Of a stretch of 64,000 bases of DNA, positions 35,867 through 45,005 are shown in pieces. The position numbers and the translations under genes are program-made. This stretch comes from Bacteroidales bacterium (lineage in GTDB: Bacteria; Bacteroidota; Bacteroidia; Bacteroidales; UBA3824): positions 4,045-68,044 of the forward strand of contig JAFYDK010000088.1 in assembly GCA_017544805.1 (NCBI GenBank). Direction: 5' to 3'. The notes under the pieces are model-generated. The model was not told where the DNA came from and did no database searches. It saw only the letters and a program-made list of their open reading frames with translations. How positions within the stretch are numbered: the first letter of the stretch is position 1; every line of letters begins with the position of its first letter.

Positions 35867-36780
35867 TTTTTGATTTTCGGACAGTTTTTTTGAATGTCGA
35901 TGTCAATGAGTTCGTATTTGATGCTGTCTTTTGAAAAATTCAGTTTTGCGATTTGTGCTTTTCTGCCTTTTGGGTTTTTCTGGTCGAAAACAAAATTTCC
36001 CAAGGAATAAACCACTAATTTAGAATTTATCAGTTCCGTGGTTTGGACAACGTGCGGGTGATGCCCGATGATAATGTCAGCACCGGCAGAGATAAGTCTT
36101 TGGGCTTGAATGCGTTGAAAAAACTCAGGTTTGTCGCGAAATTCATATCCCCAATGCAAAACGCAGAGAATATATGTTTTCGGATTTTTGCTTTTAAAAT
36201 TTTGGACGGCAGCCTCCAAAGACGTAAAATCTTCAGCCGTGATATTCAAATTGTTATCGTTAGAAATCCAATTTTCGATTTTTAGAAGGCAACAATTGAA
36301 AACGGCAATTTCGATTCCGTTTTTTTCTAAAATTATCGGTTTCAAACGTTCTTCTTTGTTGCGTCCGATTCCTGAATATTTAAGACCGGCTTTTTCGAGG
36401 TTTTTGATTGTGTTTCTAAGTCCTGAGTATCCTTGGTCTACCGTGTGGTTGTTGGCTAAAAGACAATGCGTTACGCCGGATTTTCTTAAACCTTCGGCAG
36501 TCTTGGAATCAAATCTGAAAATATATTTTTTGTTTACGGGGCTGATAGTGTCCGTTATTGGACCTTCAAGATTTATTAAGACAAAATCCGCTTCTTTGAA
36601 AACTTTTGAAACATCTTTGAAAACGTATTCCGTTCCGAATTTTTCGACCGTCGGTCTTAACCCTCTGTCCAAAAGTACATCACCTGTCAAAATGATTTCG
36701 ACTTGAGAATCACACGCCGAAAAAAGCGTTAAAATTAACGAAAATACCAGCAAAATTTTATTGTCCGCAATAATCTTCAT
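35863..36780 (-). CDS. CapA/PGA_cap-family metallophosphoesterase-like protein
   Basis: ILTGDVLLDRG, INLEGPIT, LANNHTVDQGYSGLRNT, VLHWGYEF and IIGHHPHVVQ are typical of CapA-family proteins. I start at ATG 36780 (MKIIADNKILLVF, signal-like). The stop overlaps the convergent gene's stop by 4 nt (TTAG). Confidence 0.85.
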   Translation of the reverse strand: MKIIADNKILLVFSLILTLFSACDSQVEIILTGDVLLDRGLRPTVEKFGTEYVFKDVSKVFKEADFVLINLEGPITDTISPVNKKYIFRFDSKTAEGLRKSGVTHCLLANNHTVDQGYSGLRNTIKNLEKAGLKYSGIGRNKEERLKPIILEKNGIEIAVFNCCLLKIENWISNDNNLNITAEDFTSLEAAVQNFKSKNPKTYILCVLHWGYEFRDKPEFFQRIQAQRLISAGADIIIGHHPHVVQTTELINSKLVVYSLGNFVFDQKNPKGRKAQIAKLNFSKDSIKYELIDIDIQKNCPKIKN

Positions 36781-38125
36781 CTTCTGTGATAGAATACAAA
36801 ACCCATGAAAAATTTCCGTCATTTACTTTGTTCATGCAGTATGGGCACACGCCCGAATTATCAACGTCGCCGACACTTAATCCGCAGCAAGGACAAACCT
36901 CAAGGTCTTCGTATTTTCCGATAAAGCCTATGCACGAAACGAATTTCCAATATTGCGAAAAATAACGTTTCTGACGGTTTGTCCCGCCGATTATTCCGTC
37001 CTCGTAGTTAATGATATAGTCATAACATTCCGCAAAAATTCTCACCGTTACGGATTGATAAAAATTGTCGGCTTCATAATTTACGGTTTCGGTTTTTTTT
37101 ATTTCCAGTGAGTCGAAAACACGCTTGTAACCGTATGATTTATAAAGACTTAATTTGAATTTTATGTTTTGCCAACTATTCTCGTAAATAAGATGTCGGG
37201 CTTTGTTCCAAGTATCGGAGGCAAAACACGAACAAATTTTCATAAAATACGGTTTTGCGATTCTGCTTTCAAAAATTTTGAAACTCGGATAACGGTAACT
37301 GTGAAGTTTTGAGAAAACCTCTTCCGCTTTTTTAAGGTTTGGTGCAACAATTGACGGGTCTGAGGTTCCGATTTCGGGTCTGTATTTCAGAAAATCTTTT
37401 TGGGGATTGGTTTGTGAAATTTTCAGGCGTTTAACATCTGAGACAATCCATTGTCCTGATTCATAATTTTGCCTGCAATTGCAGTGCGGGCAAATTCCCG
37501 AAGGCGAAAAATCATAAATTCGTCCGCAAGAAGGGCATCTTAAAAGTCCGAAACCGTTAGGAATAACCGAAACGGCATCGGCTTTACGCGAAAATACCCA
37601 CCTTTCTTCGCTTTTACAATGCAAAACCTCGCCCTTGTATTTTGTTTGAAAATACGCATTGAAATCCACCGAAACATTACATCTGTTGCCGAAAGTTTTT
37701 ATGTCGGAAATTTCCGTCTTATCAACAAAAACATGAGTGAACGGAACTTTTTTAATTTTGTTAATATCGTATTCAAAAAACGGTGTGATTTCGTTTATTT
37801 TTTCCTCGTCGGTGTACGAAATGTATGTTTTTAGAAAAATGATTTTAACATAATCCAAAAAGACGGGCAATGAAAAATTTGAATCTTTTTTTGCAAGCAC
37901 TTGAATCCTATTGTTAATTCTTAGTCCTGTTTCACGTCTTTGATTGCCCGGAATTTTTTGAGCGTTTTCTTCGTCCTCGCAACTGATGAGAATTGTTATA
38001 AGTATTCCTAAAAAAACAAGCAAAATGCCCCCGCCGTATTTAGAATCCTCCAAATACGTCATGAAAATCAGTGAGATAACAAATAAAAAACACAGCAAGT
38101 AAAGTCCTATTCGTCTTTCTGTCAT
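36758..38125 (-). CDS. Membrane protein with two Tim44-like (NTF2-fold-like) modules, each carrying an inserted CxxC...CxxC zinc ribbon
   Basis: Two N-terminal TM helices. There is an internal duplication: ERWVFSRK...LRCPSCGRIYDFSPSGICPHCNCRQNYESGQWIVSDV versus QYWKFVSC...EVCPCCGLSVGDVDNSGVCPYCMNKVNDGNFSWVLYSI. The fold assignment is inference only. The 3' end overlaps the capA-like start by 23 nt. Confidence 0.7.
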   Translation of the reverse strand: MTERRIGLYLLCFLFVISLIFMTYLEDSKYGGGILLVFLGILITILISCEDEENAQKIPGNQRRETGLRINNRIQVLAKKDSNFSLPVFLDYVKIIFLKTYISYTDEEKINEITPFFEYDINKIKKVPFTHVFVDKTEISDIKTFGNRCNVSVDFNAYFQTKYKGEVLHCKSEERWVFSRKADAVSVIPNGFGLLRCPSCGRIYDFSPSGICPHCNCRQNYESGQWIVSDVKRLKISQTNPQKDFLKYRPEIGTSDPSIVAPNLKKAEEVFSKLHSYRYPSFKIFESRIAKPYFMKICSCFASDTWNKARHLIYENSWQNIKFKLSLYKSYGYKRVFDSLEIKKTETVNYEADNFYQSVTVRIFAECYDYIINYEDGIIGGTNRQKRYFSQYWKFVSCIGFIGKYEDLEVCPCCGLSVGDVDNSGVCPYCMNKVNDGNFSWVLYSITEDEDYCGQ

Positions 38126-38168
38126 TGAATTTTTCGGGGCAATTTTTTTTAGAAAAAAGGGGAAAAAT

Positions 38169-39353
38169 TTATAGTAATTCTATTTTAATTTTTTCAGCCA
38201 TTTGACAAACTTTTTTACGAGCCTCTTCTACGGTTTCTGCTCTTGCCAAAAGTACAGCCATGCGTCTGTGTCCGTTTACATCTGGTTTTGAGAAAATTCT
38301 CATAGAGGTATCGGGTATTGAGAGAGCCTCTTCCATGCCCGAAAAAACGATGTTGTCGCTGTTTCCTTCAACAACGACGGCTTTTGAGGCTGATGCGCCA
38401 TGAAAAGCGATGTTCGGTATCGGCAGTCCTAAAACGGCTCTTGCGTGAAGTGCAAATTCTGACAAATCCTGTGAAATCATCGTTACCATTCCCGTATCGT
38501 GCGGGCGTGGCGATACTTCGCTGAAAATCACATCGTTGTCTTTTACGAACATTTCAACACCGAAAATACCTCTGCCGCCGAGAGCGGTTGTAATTTTTTC
38601 GGCGATTTTTTCCGCTTTTTCCAAAACTTCGGGTTTCATTGGTTGAGGTTGCCAAGATTCCTGATAATCACCGTCTTTTTGATAATGTCCTACCGGTTTT
38701 AAGAAACTTGTACCGCCGATGTGCCTTACCGTTAAAAGCGTAATTTCATAATCGAATTTTATGAAACCCTCAACGATAACTTTTCCTGCGCCTGCTCTTC
38801 CGCCTTCTTGAGCCGTATGCCAAGAGGTTTCAATATCGTTTTCGGTTTTAATAACGGACTGACCGTGTCCTGAAGATGACATTATCGGTTTTACAACGCA
38901 AGGAATGCCGATTTCTTTTACTGCTTTTTCAAATTCTTCTTTTGTTGAGGCAAAACGGTAAGGAGAGGTTTTGATTCCTAATTTTTCAGCGGCAAGTCTT
39001 CTGATGCCCTCGCGGTTCATCGTAAGATAAGTTGCATTTGCCGTCGGAATAACGTTGAAACCTTCCTTTTCCAATTCTACGAGAGTTTGAGTTGCAATTG
39101 CCTCTACTTCGGGAATTATAAAATCGGGTTTTTCTTCGGTTATGATTTTACGGATTTTTTCTCCGTCTAACATCGACAAAACATAACTTTTGTGAGCAAC
39201 TTGCATTGCCGGAGCGTTTTCGTACTTATCAACGGCAATTACCTGAACGCCAAATCTTTGAAGTTCAATTGCTACTTCTTTGCCTAATTCTCCCGAGCCA
39301 AGGAGAATAGCTTTTTTACCTTTTGATTTGTTAATTGTTCCTATCTCTAACAT
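38169..39353 (-). CDS. purT: Formate-dependent phosphoribosylglycinamide formyltransferase (GAR transformylase 2)
   Basis: [24 protein letters not shown]-grasp motifs ([20 protein letters not shown]...[15 protein letters not shown]) and typical PurT length (394 aa). Confidence 0.95.
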   Translation of the reverse strand: MLEIGTINKSKGKKAILLGSGELGKEVAIELQRFGVQVIAVDKYENAPAMQVAHKSYVLSMLDGEKIRKIITEEKPDFIIPEVEAIATQTLVELEKEGFNVIPTANATYLTMNREGIRRLAAEKLGIKTSPYRFASTKEEFEKAVKEIGIPCVVKPIMSSSGHGQSVIKTENDIETSWHTAQEGGRAGAGKVIVEGFIKFDYEITLLTVRHIGGTSFLKPVGHYQKDGDYQESWQPQPMKPEVLEKAEKIAEKITTALGGRGIFGVEMFVKDNDVIFSEVSPRPHDTGMVTMISQDLSEFALHARAVLGLPIPNIAFHGASASKAVVVEGNSDNIVFSGMEEALSIPDTSMRIFSKPDVNGHRRMAVLLARAETVEEARKKVCQMAEKIKIELL

Positions 39354-39373
39354 AATAGTTGATGATTTTTTTG

Positions 39374-39381
39374 CAAAAATA
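39374..39381 (-). promoter_or_regulatory. Candidate -7 box (TATTTTTG on minus strand) for purT operon
   Basis: The + strand reads CAAAAATA, 21 nt upstream of ATG 39353. This implies a very short leader. Confidence 0.4.
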
Positions 39382-39526
39382 GAAAAATCACTTCAAATAA
39401 CAAAAAAACATAATTTTTTGGACACAAAAATCGTTCTTTTTTGTAAAAAAAATATGGAAAATATTGATTTTTTTTTCTTTTTATAAAATAAAATGTTTTT
39501 CTTTGTAACAAAATAATTTGCAAATT

Positions 39527-41935
39527 ATGAAAAAGATGACTATTAACAAAAACTATGTAGCGGCTGCGGTTCTTTTAGCTGCTGCACAAGGCGGTTATGC
39601 CCAGTGTATTTCCGGTAACTGTAAGGACGGTTACGGAACCTATCAGGATGCAAAACAGCGTTATACGGGTTTTTTCAATTCTAATATGAAACCGGATGGT
39701 TACGGTGTTAAAAATTATGTTTCTGGAGCCTCGTATATAGGACAATTCTCTGATGGAAAATTCTCTAAGACGGGAACTTATTTTTGGAATGACGGTACTC
39801 GTTACATCGGACATTGGCAAGACGGCAAGCGTCAGGGTGTAGGTATTGAGATTCAATCAGACGGAACCACTAACACGGATATTTACGTTGATGGCGTTAT
39901 TGACGAAAACGTAAAAAAAGGCGGTGTTAATGGTGATGTTAAAAATGGTTGGGGCGTTTACATTTATGATGACGGTTCTATTTATGAGGGTTATTTCAAA
40001 CGCGGAGAAAAAGACGGATACGGAAAGTATACCATGACGGACGGTTCTATTTATCAAGGCGAGTTTCAAAAAGACCGTTTTGAGGGTTACGGCGTTTTGA
40101 CGGAACCTGACGGAACCAAAGTCGAAGGCCTTTTTGAACACGGACGTTTTGCAGGTGCGCTCAAGAATCAGACGGGTTGTATCAGCGGTGATTGTTATTC
40201 CGGTTACGGCGTTTTGGCAGACAACGAAAGAACTTATTTCGGTGAGTTTAAGGAAGGAAAACAGCACGGTATGGGTAAACTCGTTCAAAAAGACGGTATG
40301 GTTTACGAAGGCAGTTTTGTAAGAGGCAATCTTGAGGGTTATGCCACGATTACTTATCCTGACAGTTTAAGATCGGACGGTTTGATTAAATATACCGGTG
40401 AGGTTTTAGGCGGAGATGCCAGCGGTTACGGAGCTATGTTTTTCAAGGACGGTTCTATTTATTACGGACATTTCGATCATAACGCTTTCAATGGACAAGG
40501 CGTTTTGATTGACATGAAAGATAATACCAAAAAAGCAGGTGTTTTCCGTAACAACCAATTATCGCAGCCTTTGGACGAAAAAGAGTTGGATTTGATTTAC
40601 GGTTCCAAAAACGGTTACGGTATCAAATTAACACAAAACGGACGTTATCAAGGCAACCTCGAAAACGGTATTCCTCACGGAATGGGTATGATGGATTATT
40701 ATTCGGGGCTTTTGTATGTCGGTGAATTTGCTGCCGGTATGGCAAATGGTGACGGTATGTCAGAAGACCGTAATACGGGTCAGAAATATGTCGGCGAATT
40801 TATGGACGATGCAATAACGGGAAAAGGTATTATGTATTATCCTGACGGTAGAAAAGAAAGAGGTTATTTCAAAGACGGCGTATTGTCAAGAGAGAAAGTT
40901 ACGGCATCGATTCAAAAACCGTCGGTTTCATGGTCAAAACCGCAACTTTTTACCACAACGGTTTCAGAAACGGAGTTTAAAGTTTCGCTTTGTGTTTCTT
41001 CACGTGTAACCCCCGATGAGGTAATCATTTACGATAACAATGTCGTTAAAGCTAAAAAAGCTTCAAGAGCTTTTTCCGTTGTTAATTCCCAATGTGATTA
41101 TACATACGAGTTTACTATTCCTTTGACTCCGGGCAGAAACGAATTGCGTGCCGTTGTTAAGAACGAAGGCGGTATGTCAGCCTCTGATTCACGAATCGTA
41201 AATCTTGAAATCGGCGATGCCGTAACTAATCAGAAACGTGTTGCCTTGATAATCGGTAATAGTGCTTATCAAAACGTAGCACCGCTCAAAAATGCTGCTA
41301 ACGATGCAAAATTAATGTCAGAAACGTTGAAAAACCTCGGCTTTACCGTTATCACCGCTATTGACGCCGATCGTGAAATTATGCGTAACAAAGTTTATGA
41401 GTTCGGTGATAAAATCGCGGAAGAAAAAGCTGTCGGTTTGTTTTTCTATGCTGGACACGGTATTCAGGTTGACGGTATCAACTATTTAGTGCCTATTACG
41501 GCTAATATTAAGAGAAAAGAGGACGTTGATGAAGAATGTTTCTCTATTGAAAAAGTTTTAGGACAGATGACCTTTGCTAAAAACGATTTGAACATCGTGA
41601 TTTTGGACGCTTGTCGTGATAATCCTTTTGCTAATACGAGTCGTGCGGTAAAAGGTGAGGGCGGCGGTCTTGCTCAGTTGAATGCTCCTAAAGGTACTTT
41701 TATTGCGTTTTCAACCTCACCGGGCAAAACTGCTTCGGACGGTAACGGAGAAAACGGTCTTTACACCGAACAGTTAGCAAAAGCTGTTTTAACACCGGGT
41801 GTAAGAATTGAAGACGTTTTCAAACAAGTCAGAAACGAGGTTTATAGAATTTCAAGCGAACTCAACGGTGAGGGTAACGAACAAATTCCGTGGGAAAATT
41901 CATCAATCTTCGCTGACTTCTATTTTATAAAATAA
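39527..41935 (+). CDS. Secreted MORN-repeat protein with Ig-like middle region and C-terminal caspase-like (peptidase C14) domain
   Basis: Signal peptide (AAVLLAAAQGGYAQ). About 16 MORN-type units follow (Y.G.F..G...G.G) in two blocks, each opened by CISG.C..GYG. The C14 block reads KRVALIIGNSAYQNVAPLKNAANDAKLM...FFYAGHGIQVDGINYLVP...NIVILDACRDNPF. The ORF-track start at 39518 is TTG, so I use ATG 39527. Confidence 0.85.
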   Translation: MKKMTINKNYVAAAVLLAAAQGGYAQCISGNCKDGYGTYQDAKQRYTGFFNSNMKPDGYGVKNYVSGASYIGQFSDGKFSKTGTYFWNDGTRYIGHWQDGKRQGVGIEIQSDGTTNTDIYVDGVIDENVKKGGVNGDVKNGWGVYIYDDGSIYEGYFKRGEKDGYGKYTMTDGSIYQGEFQKDRFEGYGVLTEPDGTKVEGLFEHGRFAGALKNQTGCISGDCYSGYGVLADNERTYFGEFKEGKQHGMGKLVQKDGMVYEGSFVRGNLEGYATITYPDSLRSDGLIKYTGEVLGGDASGYGAMFFKDGSIYYGHFDHNAFNGQGVLIDMKDNTKKAGVFRNNQLSQPLDEKELDLIYGSKNGYGIKLTQNGRYQGNLENGIPHGMGMMDYYSGLLYVGEFAAGMANGDGMSEDRNTGQKYVGEFMDDAITGKGIMYYPDGRKERGYFKDGVLSREKVTASIQKPSVSWSKPQLFTTTVSETEFKVSLCVSSRVTPDEVIIYDNNVVKAKKASRAFSVVNSQCDYTYEFTIPLTPGRNELRAVVKNEGGMSASDSRIVNLEIGDAVTNQKRVALIIGNSAYQNVAPLKNAANDAKLMSETLKNLGFTVITAIDADREIMRNKVYEFGDKIAEEKAVGLFFYAGHGIQVDGINYLVPITANIKRKEDVDEECFSIEKVLGQMTFAKNDLNIVILDACRDNPFANTSRAVKGEGGGLAQLNAPKGTFIAFSTSPGKTASDGNGENGLYTEQLAKAVLTPGVRIEDVFKQVRNEVYRISSELNGEGNEQIPWENSSIFADFYFIK

Positions 41936-41943
41936 TTTTTCAC

Positions 41944-41978
41944 AAAAAAGGTTGTCCCAAAAACGGACAACCTTTTTT
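41944..41978 (+). terminator. Rho-independent terminator after MORN-caspase gene
   Basis: GGTTGTCC (41950..41957) / GGACAACC (41965..41972) with a 7-nt loop. An A6 run precedes it and a T6 run follows. Confidence 0.75.
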
Positions 41979-42220
41979 ATTTTAATTTGTTCATCGTCAA
42001 GCCGTTTTTTTTATTTATACCCACCAAAAATCTTTTTTCTTATTCGTTATTGTACTTCTTTTGTATCAAAACGAATACAAATATATGACTTTTTAATTAA
42101 TAAAATCTAATTTCAAAACAATTAAAAAACTGACAAAATGGTTATCATTTATACGTCATTTTGTTGTAATAGGGCATGACTAAAAATAAAAATTAAGTTA
42201 CGGATGATAAAAAAAAGCAA

Positions 42221-42253
42221 TAAAAAAAGCCGACCTTTTTGAGCCGGCTTTTT
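42221..42253 (-). terminator. Rho-independent terminator after metY
   Basis: The minus strand reads AAAGCCGGCTCAAAAAGGTCGGCTTTTTTTA: a GC-containing stem followed by T7, about 35 nt downstream of the metY stop. Confidence 0.6.
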
Positions 42254-42288
42254 ATTAATAACCATTATCAGAAAAAAAAACATCTAAA

Positions 42289-43572
42289 TTAAAAATCTAA
42301 AGCTTGTTTCAAATCATCAATAATGTCATCTATGTGTTCAACACCGATAGAAAGTCTTACGGTTGAAGGCGTAATATGTTGAGCTTTGAGTTCTTCCGGT
42401 GAAAGCTGAGAGTGTGTGGTCGTGTAAGGGTGAATTACAAGACTTTTAACATCGGCAACGTTAGCCAAAAGCGAGAATATTTTCAGATTGTCGATGAATT
42501 TCCAAGCATCGTCCTGAGTGCCGTTGATTTCAAAAGTGAAAATTGATGCGCCACCTTTTGGGAAGTATTTTTTGTAGAGTTCATGGTCACGGTGCGTAGC
42601 AAGTGCGGGGTGATGAACTACTTTTACTTTCGGATGGTTTTTCAAGAATTCAACTACTTTCAAAGCGTTTTCAGTGTGACGTTCTATTCTAAGTGGCAGA
42701 GATTCTACGCCTTGCAATAAAATCCAAGCGTTGAACGGACTTATTGTTGCACCGGTATCTCTCAAAATTACGGCTCTAATTCTTGTTACGAAAGCTGCTG
42801 CGCCTGCAACATCAGCAAATACAGCACCGTGATAAGAAGGATCTGGTTTTGCTAAAGTCGGGAATTTATCGGGATTAGCTTTCCAATTGAATTTGCCGCC
42901 GTCTACGATAACACCGCCTAATGAAGAACCGTGTCCGCCGATAAATTTAGTTGCAGAGTGAACGACGATGTCTGCACCGTGTTTCAAAGGTTGAATCAAA
43001 ATCGGAGCGAAAGTGTTATCAACGATGAAAACGATATTGTGTTTATGAGCGATTTCAGCGATACCTTCAATATTGAGAACATCCGAATTAGGATTGCCGA
43101 GCGTTTCTCCGTAAATTACTTTCGTGTTGGGTTTTATAGCTCTTTCAACTGCTTTCAAATCCGAGAAATCCACGATAGTATATTCAACGCCCTGTGTTGA
43201 AAGTGTGTGCGTGATAAGGTTGTATGTTCCACCGTAAAGATTGTCGGCTGCAACCAAATGATCGCCGTTCTGAAGTATGTTCTGCAACGCGTATGTTATA
43301 GCTGCTGCACCTGAAGCGACTGCCAAGCCTGCTACACCACCTTCTAATGCGGCTACTCTTTCTTCAAAAACGCTCTGTGTAGAGTTCGTTAATCTGCCGT
43401 AAATGTTGCCGGCATCTCTCAAACCAAAACGGTCTGCTGCGTGTTTTGAATTTCTGAAAACGTAAGAGGTGGTCTGATAAATCGGCACTGCTCTTGAATC
43501 AGAAGTCGGATCAGGATTTTCTTGTCCTACATGAATTGCTAATGTTTCTACGTGTAAATTTTTTGTACTCAT
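42289..43572 (-). CDS. metY: O-acetylhomoserine aminocarboxypropyltransferase / sulfhydrylase (Cys/Met-metabolism PLP enzyme)
   Basis: Family-typical blocks: TSDSRAVPIYQTTSYVF, GRLTNSTQSVFEERVAALEGG, the PLP-lysine region VVHSATKFIGGHG, and the C-terminal VRLSIGVEHIDDIIDDL. Confidence 0.92.
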   Translation of the reverse strand: MSTKNLHVETLAIHVGQENPDPTSDSRAVPIYQTTSYVFRNSKHAADRFGLRDAGNIYGRLTNSTQSVFEERVAALEGGVAGLAVASGAAAITYALQNILQNGDHLVAADNLYGGTYNLITHTLSTQGVEYTIVDFSDLKAVERAIKPNTKVIYGETLGNPNSDVLNIEGIAEIAHKHNIVFIVDNTFAPILIQPLKHGADIVVHSATKFIGGHGSSLGGVIVDGGKFNWKANPDKFPTLAKPDPSYHGAVFADVAGAAAFVTRIRAVILRDTGATISPFNAWILLQGVESLPLRIERHTENALKVVEFLKNHPKVKVVHHPALATHRDHELYKKYFPKGGASIFTFEINGTQDDAWKFIDNLKIFSLLANVADVKSLVIHPYTTTHSQLSPEELKAQHITPSTVRLSIGVEHIDDIIDDLKQALDF

Positions 43573-43618
43573 TTTCTTTATTTTTTTTATGGTTTAACTT
43601 TCTTTTTAATTGACGATG

Positions 43619-43626
43619 CAAAGTTA
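43619..43626 (-). promoter_or_regulatory. Candidate -7 box (TAACTTTG on minus strand) for metY
   Basis: The + strand reads CAAAGTTA, 47 nt upstream of ATG 43572. Confidence 0.4.
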
Positions 43627-43746
43627 TGACGGTAAGAAAGTTTTTCCAAGAAGATTTAATTCTTTGGAGAATATTTCTAAAACCAATAATTTTGGTAGAA
43701 AGTTATATCTAAAAAATAAAGAAAATAACAAAAAAAGTAGAATTTT

Positions 43747-44883
43747 TTATTTCAGCTTTTTGAAATATCTGAGTTGATAATCTTTCAAAATTTCGGGATT
43801 TGCGATTTTTATCAGCTCTTTTAATAGTAAATCCGGCTGAAAAGGTATTTCGTCGTAGTACGGAACGTATGAAAGATTGCAAAAATAGACGTTTTTCTCT
43901 TTAAAAGCTTTGAATTTATTATAATTAGGATTCTCTTTTGAAAAACTTTCCGTATCGTAATCTTTTTCACGGTTGTATTTTACGAGCCAAATATCGCAGT
44001 CGTATGCTTTAGAGAGTACGGTTTCAAAATTAAGCGGCACAGTCCCGAAGCCTTCAAGATAATCGAACGGATATTCAAAACCCGCATCTAAATAAAATTT
44101 AGCGGCGGTTGATTTTTTAGCCGGCATATACCAAACTGCACCTATTAAACTGTTAGGCAAGAGTTTAGCTTTTTTATTAGAGTTTTCGGCAAGTTTTTTA
44201 AGGTTCAGATAATTCTCCTCAACTGATGAAAAAATAGAATCGGCAAAGTCTTTTTTTCCGAAAAGAAGTCCGTAAAATTTTATCCATTCGGCTTGTGCGA
44301 GGGGTGAATTTTCCATATAATCGGCACATTCTATAATAGGAATTTTAGTCTTGGCAAGCATCGGAAAACCGCCTGAATTTTGATACGGAGAGAGCATTAT
44401 AATTTGAGGATTTTCTACGATGATTTTTTCAACATCGGGTGTCATTGATGAACCTAAATCCTTGATTTTTCCGCTTTTAATGTCTTCTTGCAATTCCTTG
44501 TCCAAAATATATTCCACATCGCAAAGGCTTGAAATGGAATTTTTTGCACCGAGATTTTTTATAAGTCCTGCGTGTAACGAGGTGAAAATCAATGCTTTTT
44601 CAACGGGAGTTTTTATAATGGTGTATTCGTTATCAGATTTTTTTACCGTATCTTCTTTGAAATTTTTATCCGTTATTATAAAATAGGTGTGTAGTGTTTT
44701 CGTAGTGTCCCAAGGATTGCGGATTTTAACGATGTAATGGTCTTGTACTTGAAAAATTTTGAGATGCGAGGCGTATTTCAAAGGTATTTCCTTTAATGTG
44801 CTTTCTTCTTTGTTGATATTAACGCCTGAAAAACACGACGTTAGAAATAAAATGAAGTAAATTGGCAATAAAAATTTTTTCAT
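43747..44883 (-). CDS. Periplasmic-binding-protein-type lipoprotein (FecB/BtuF-like ABC substrate-binding family), orphan
   Basis: Lipobox LTSCFS. The overall pattern (PQIIMLSPYQNSGG..., AQAEWIKFYGLLFGKKDFADSIF) resembles class-8 siderophore/cobalamin binding proteins. No permease or ATPase gene is adjacent. Confidence 0.55.
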   Translation of the reverse strand: MKKFLLPIYFILFLTSCFSGVNINKEESTLKEIPLKYASHLKIFQVQDHYIVKIRNPWDTTKTLHTYFIITDKNFKEDTVKKSDNEYTIIKTPVEKALIFTSLHAGLIKNLGAKNSISSLCDVEYILDKELQEDIKSGKIKDLGSSMTPDVEKIIVENPQIIMLSPYQNSGGFPMLAKTKIPIIECADYMENSPLAQAEWIKFYGLLFGKKDFADSIFSSVEENYLNLKKLAENSNKKAKLLPNSLIGAVWYMPAKKSTAAKFYLDAGFEYPFDYLEGFGTVPLNFETVLSKAYDCDIWLVKYNREKDYDTESFSKENPNYNKFKAFKEKNVYFCNLSYVPYYDEIPFQPDLLLKELIKIANPEILKDYQLRYFKKLK

Positions 44884-45005
44884 GTTCTTTTTTTTTCTAA
44901 TTTTTTTTGCAAAATTAGAAAATGCGTTAAATAAAAAAAAAATTAACCTTAAAATCTTGTTGAGTTAAAAGAAAAACTTTAGTTTTGAACTTAAAAAAAT
45001 TGAGT

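Noticed and set aside
36131-36706. 191-aa + strand ORF antisense to the CapA-like gene
   Set aside because: It has no motifs and an S/L/F-rich composition, and it is fully embedded in a CDS with clear CapA-family blocks.
39527-41935. Caspase-like protease as part of a gasdermin or CHAT-type antiphage module
   Set aside because: The protein has a signal peptide and is monocistronic, flanked by a divergent promoter region and a strong terminator. No gasdermin, TIR, NACHT or effector gene is adjacent.
43573-43746. Possible SAM riboswitch in the metY leader (repeated AACTTTCT / AGAAAGTT words and small hairpins)
   Set aside because: A consensus -7 box at 43619..43626 would leave a leader of only about 40 nt. 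I could not find the conserved SAM-I core or the SAM-II AAAGCU-type pseudoknot elements. The repeats are A/T-rich and short.
43747-44883. Substrate-binding lipoprotein as evidence of an ABC importer locus
   Set aside because: No permease or ATPase genes are adjacent, so only an orphan binding protein can be supported.
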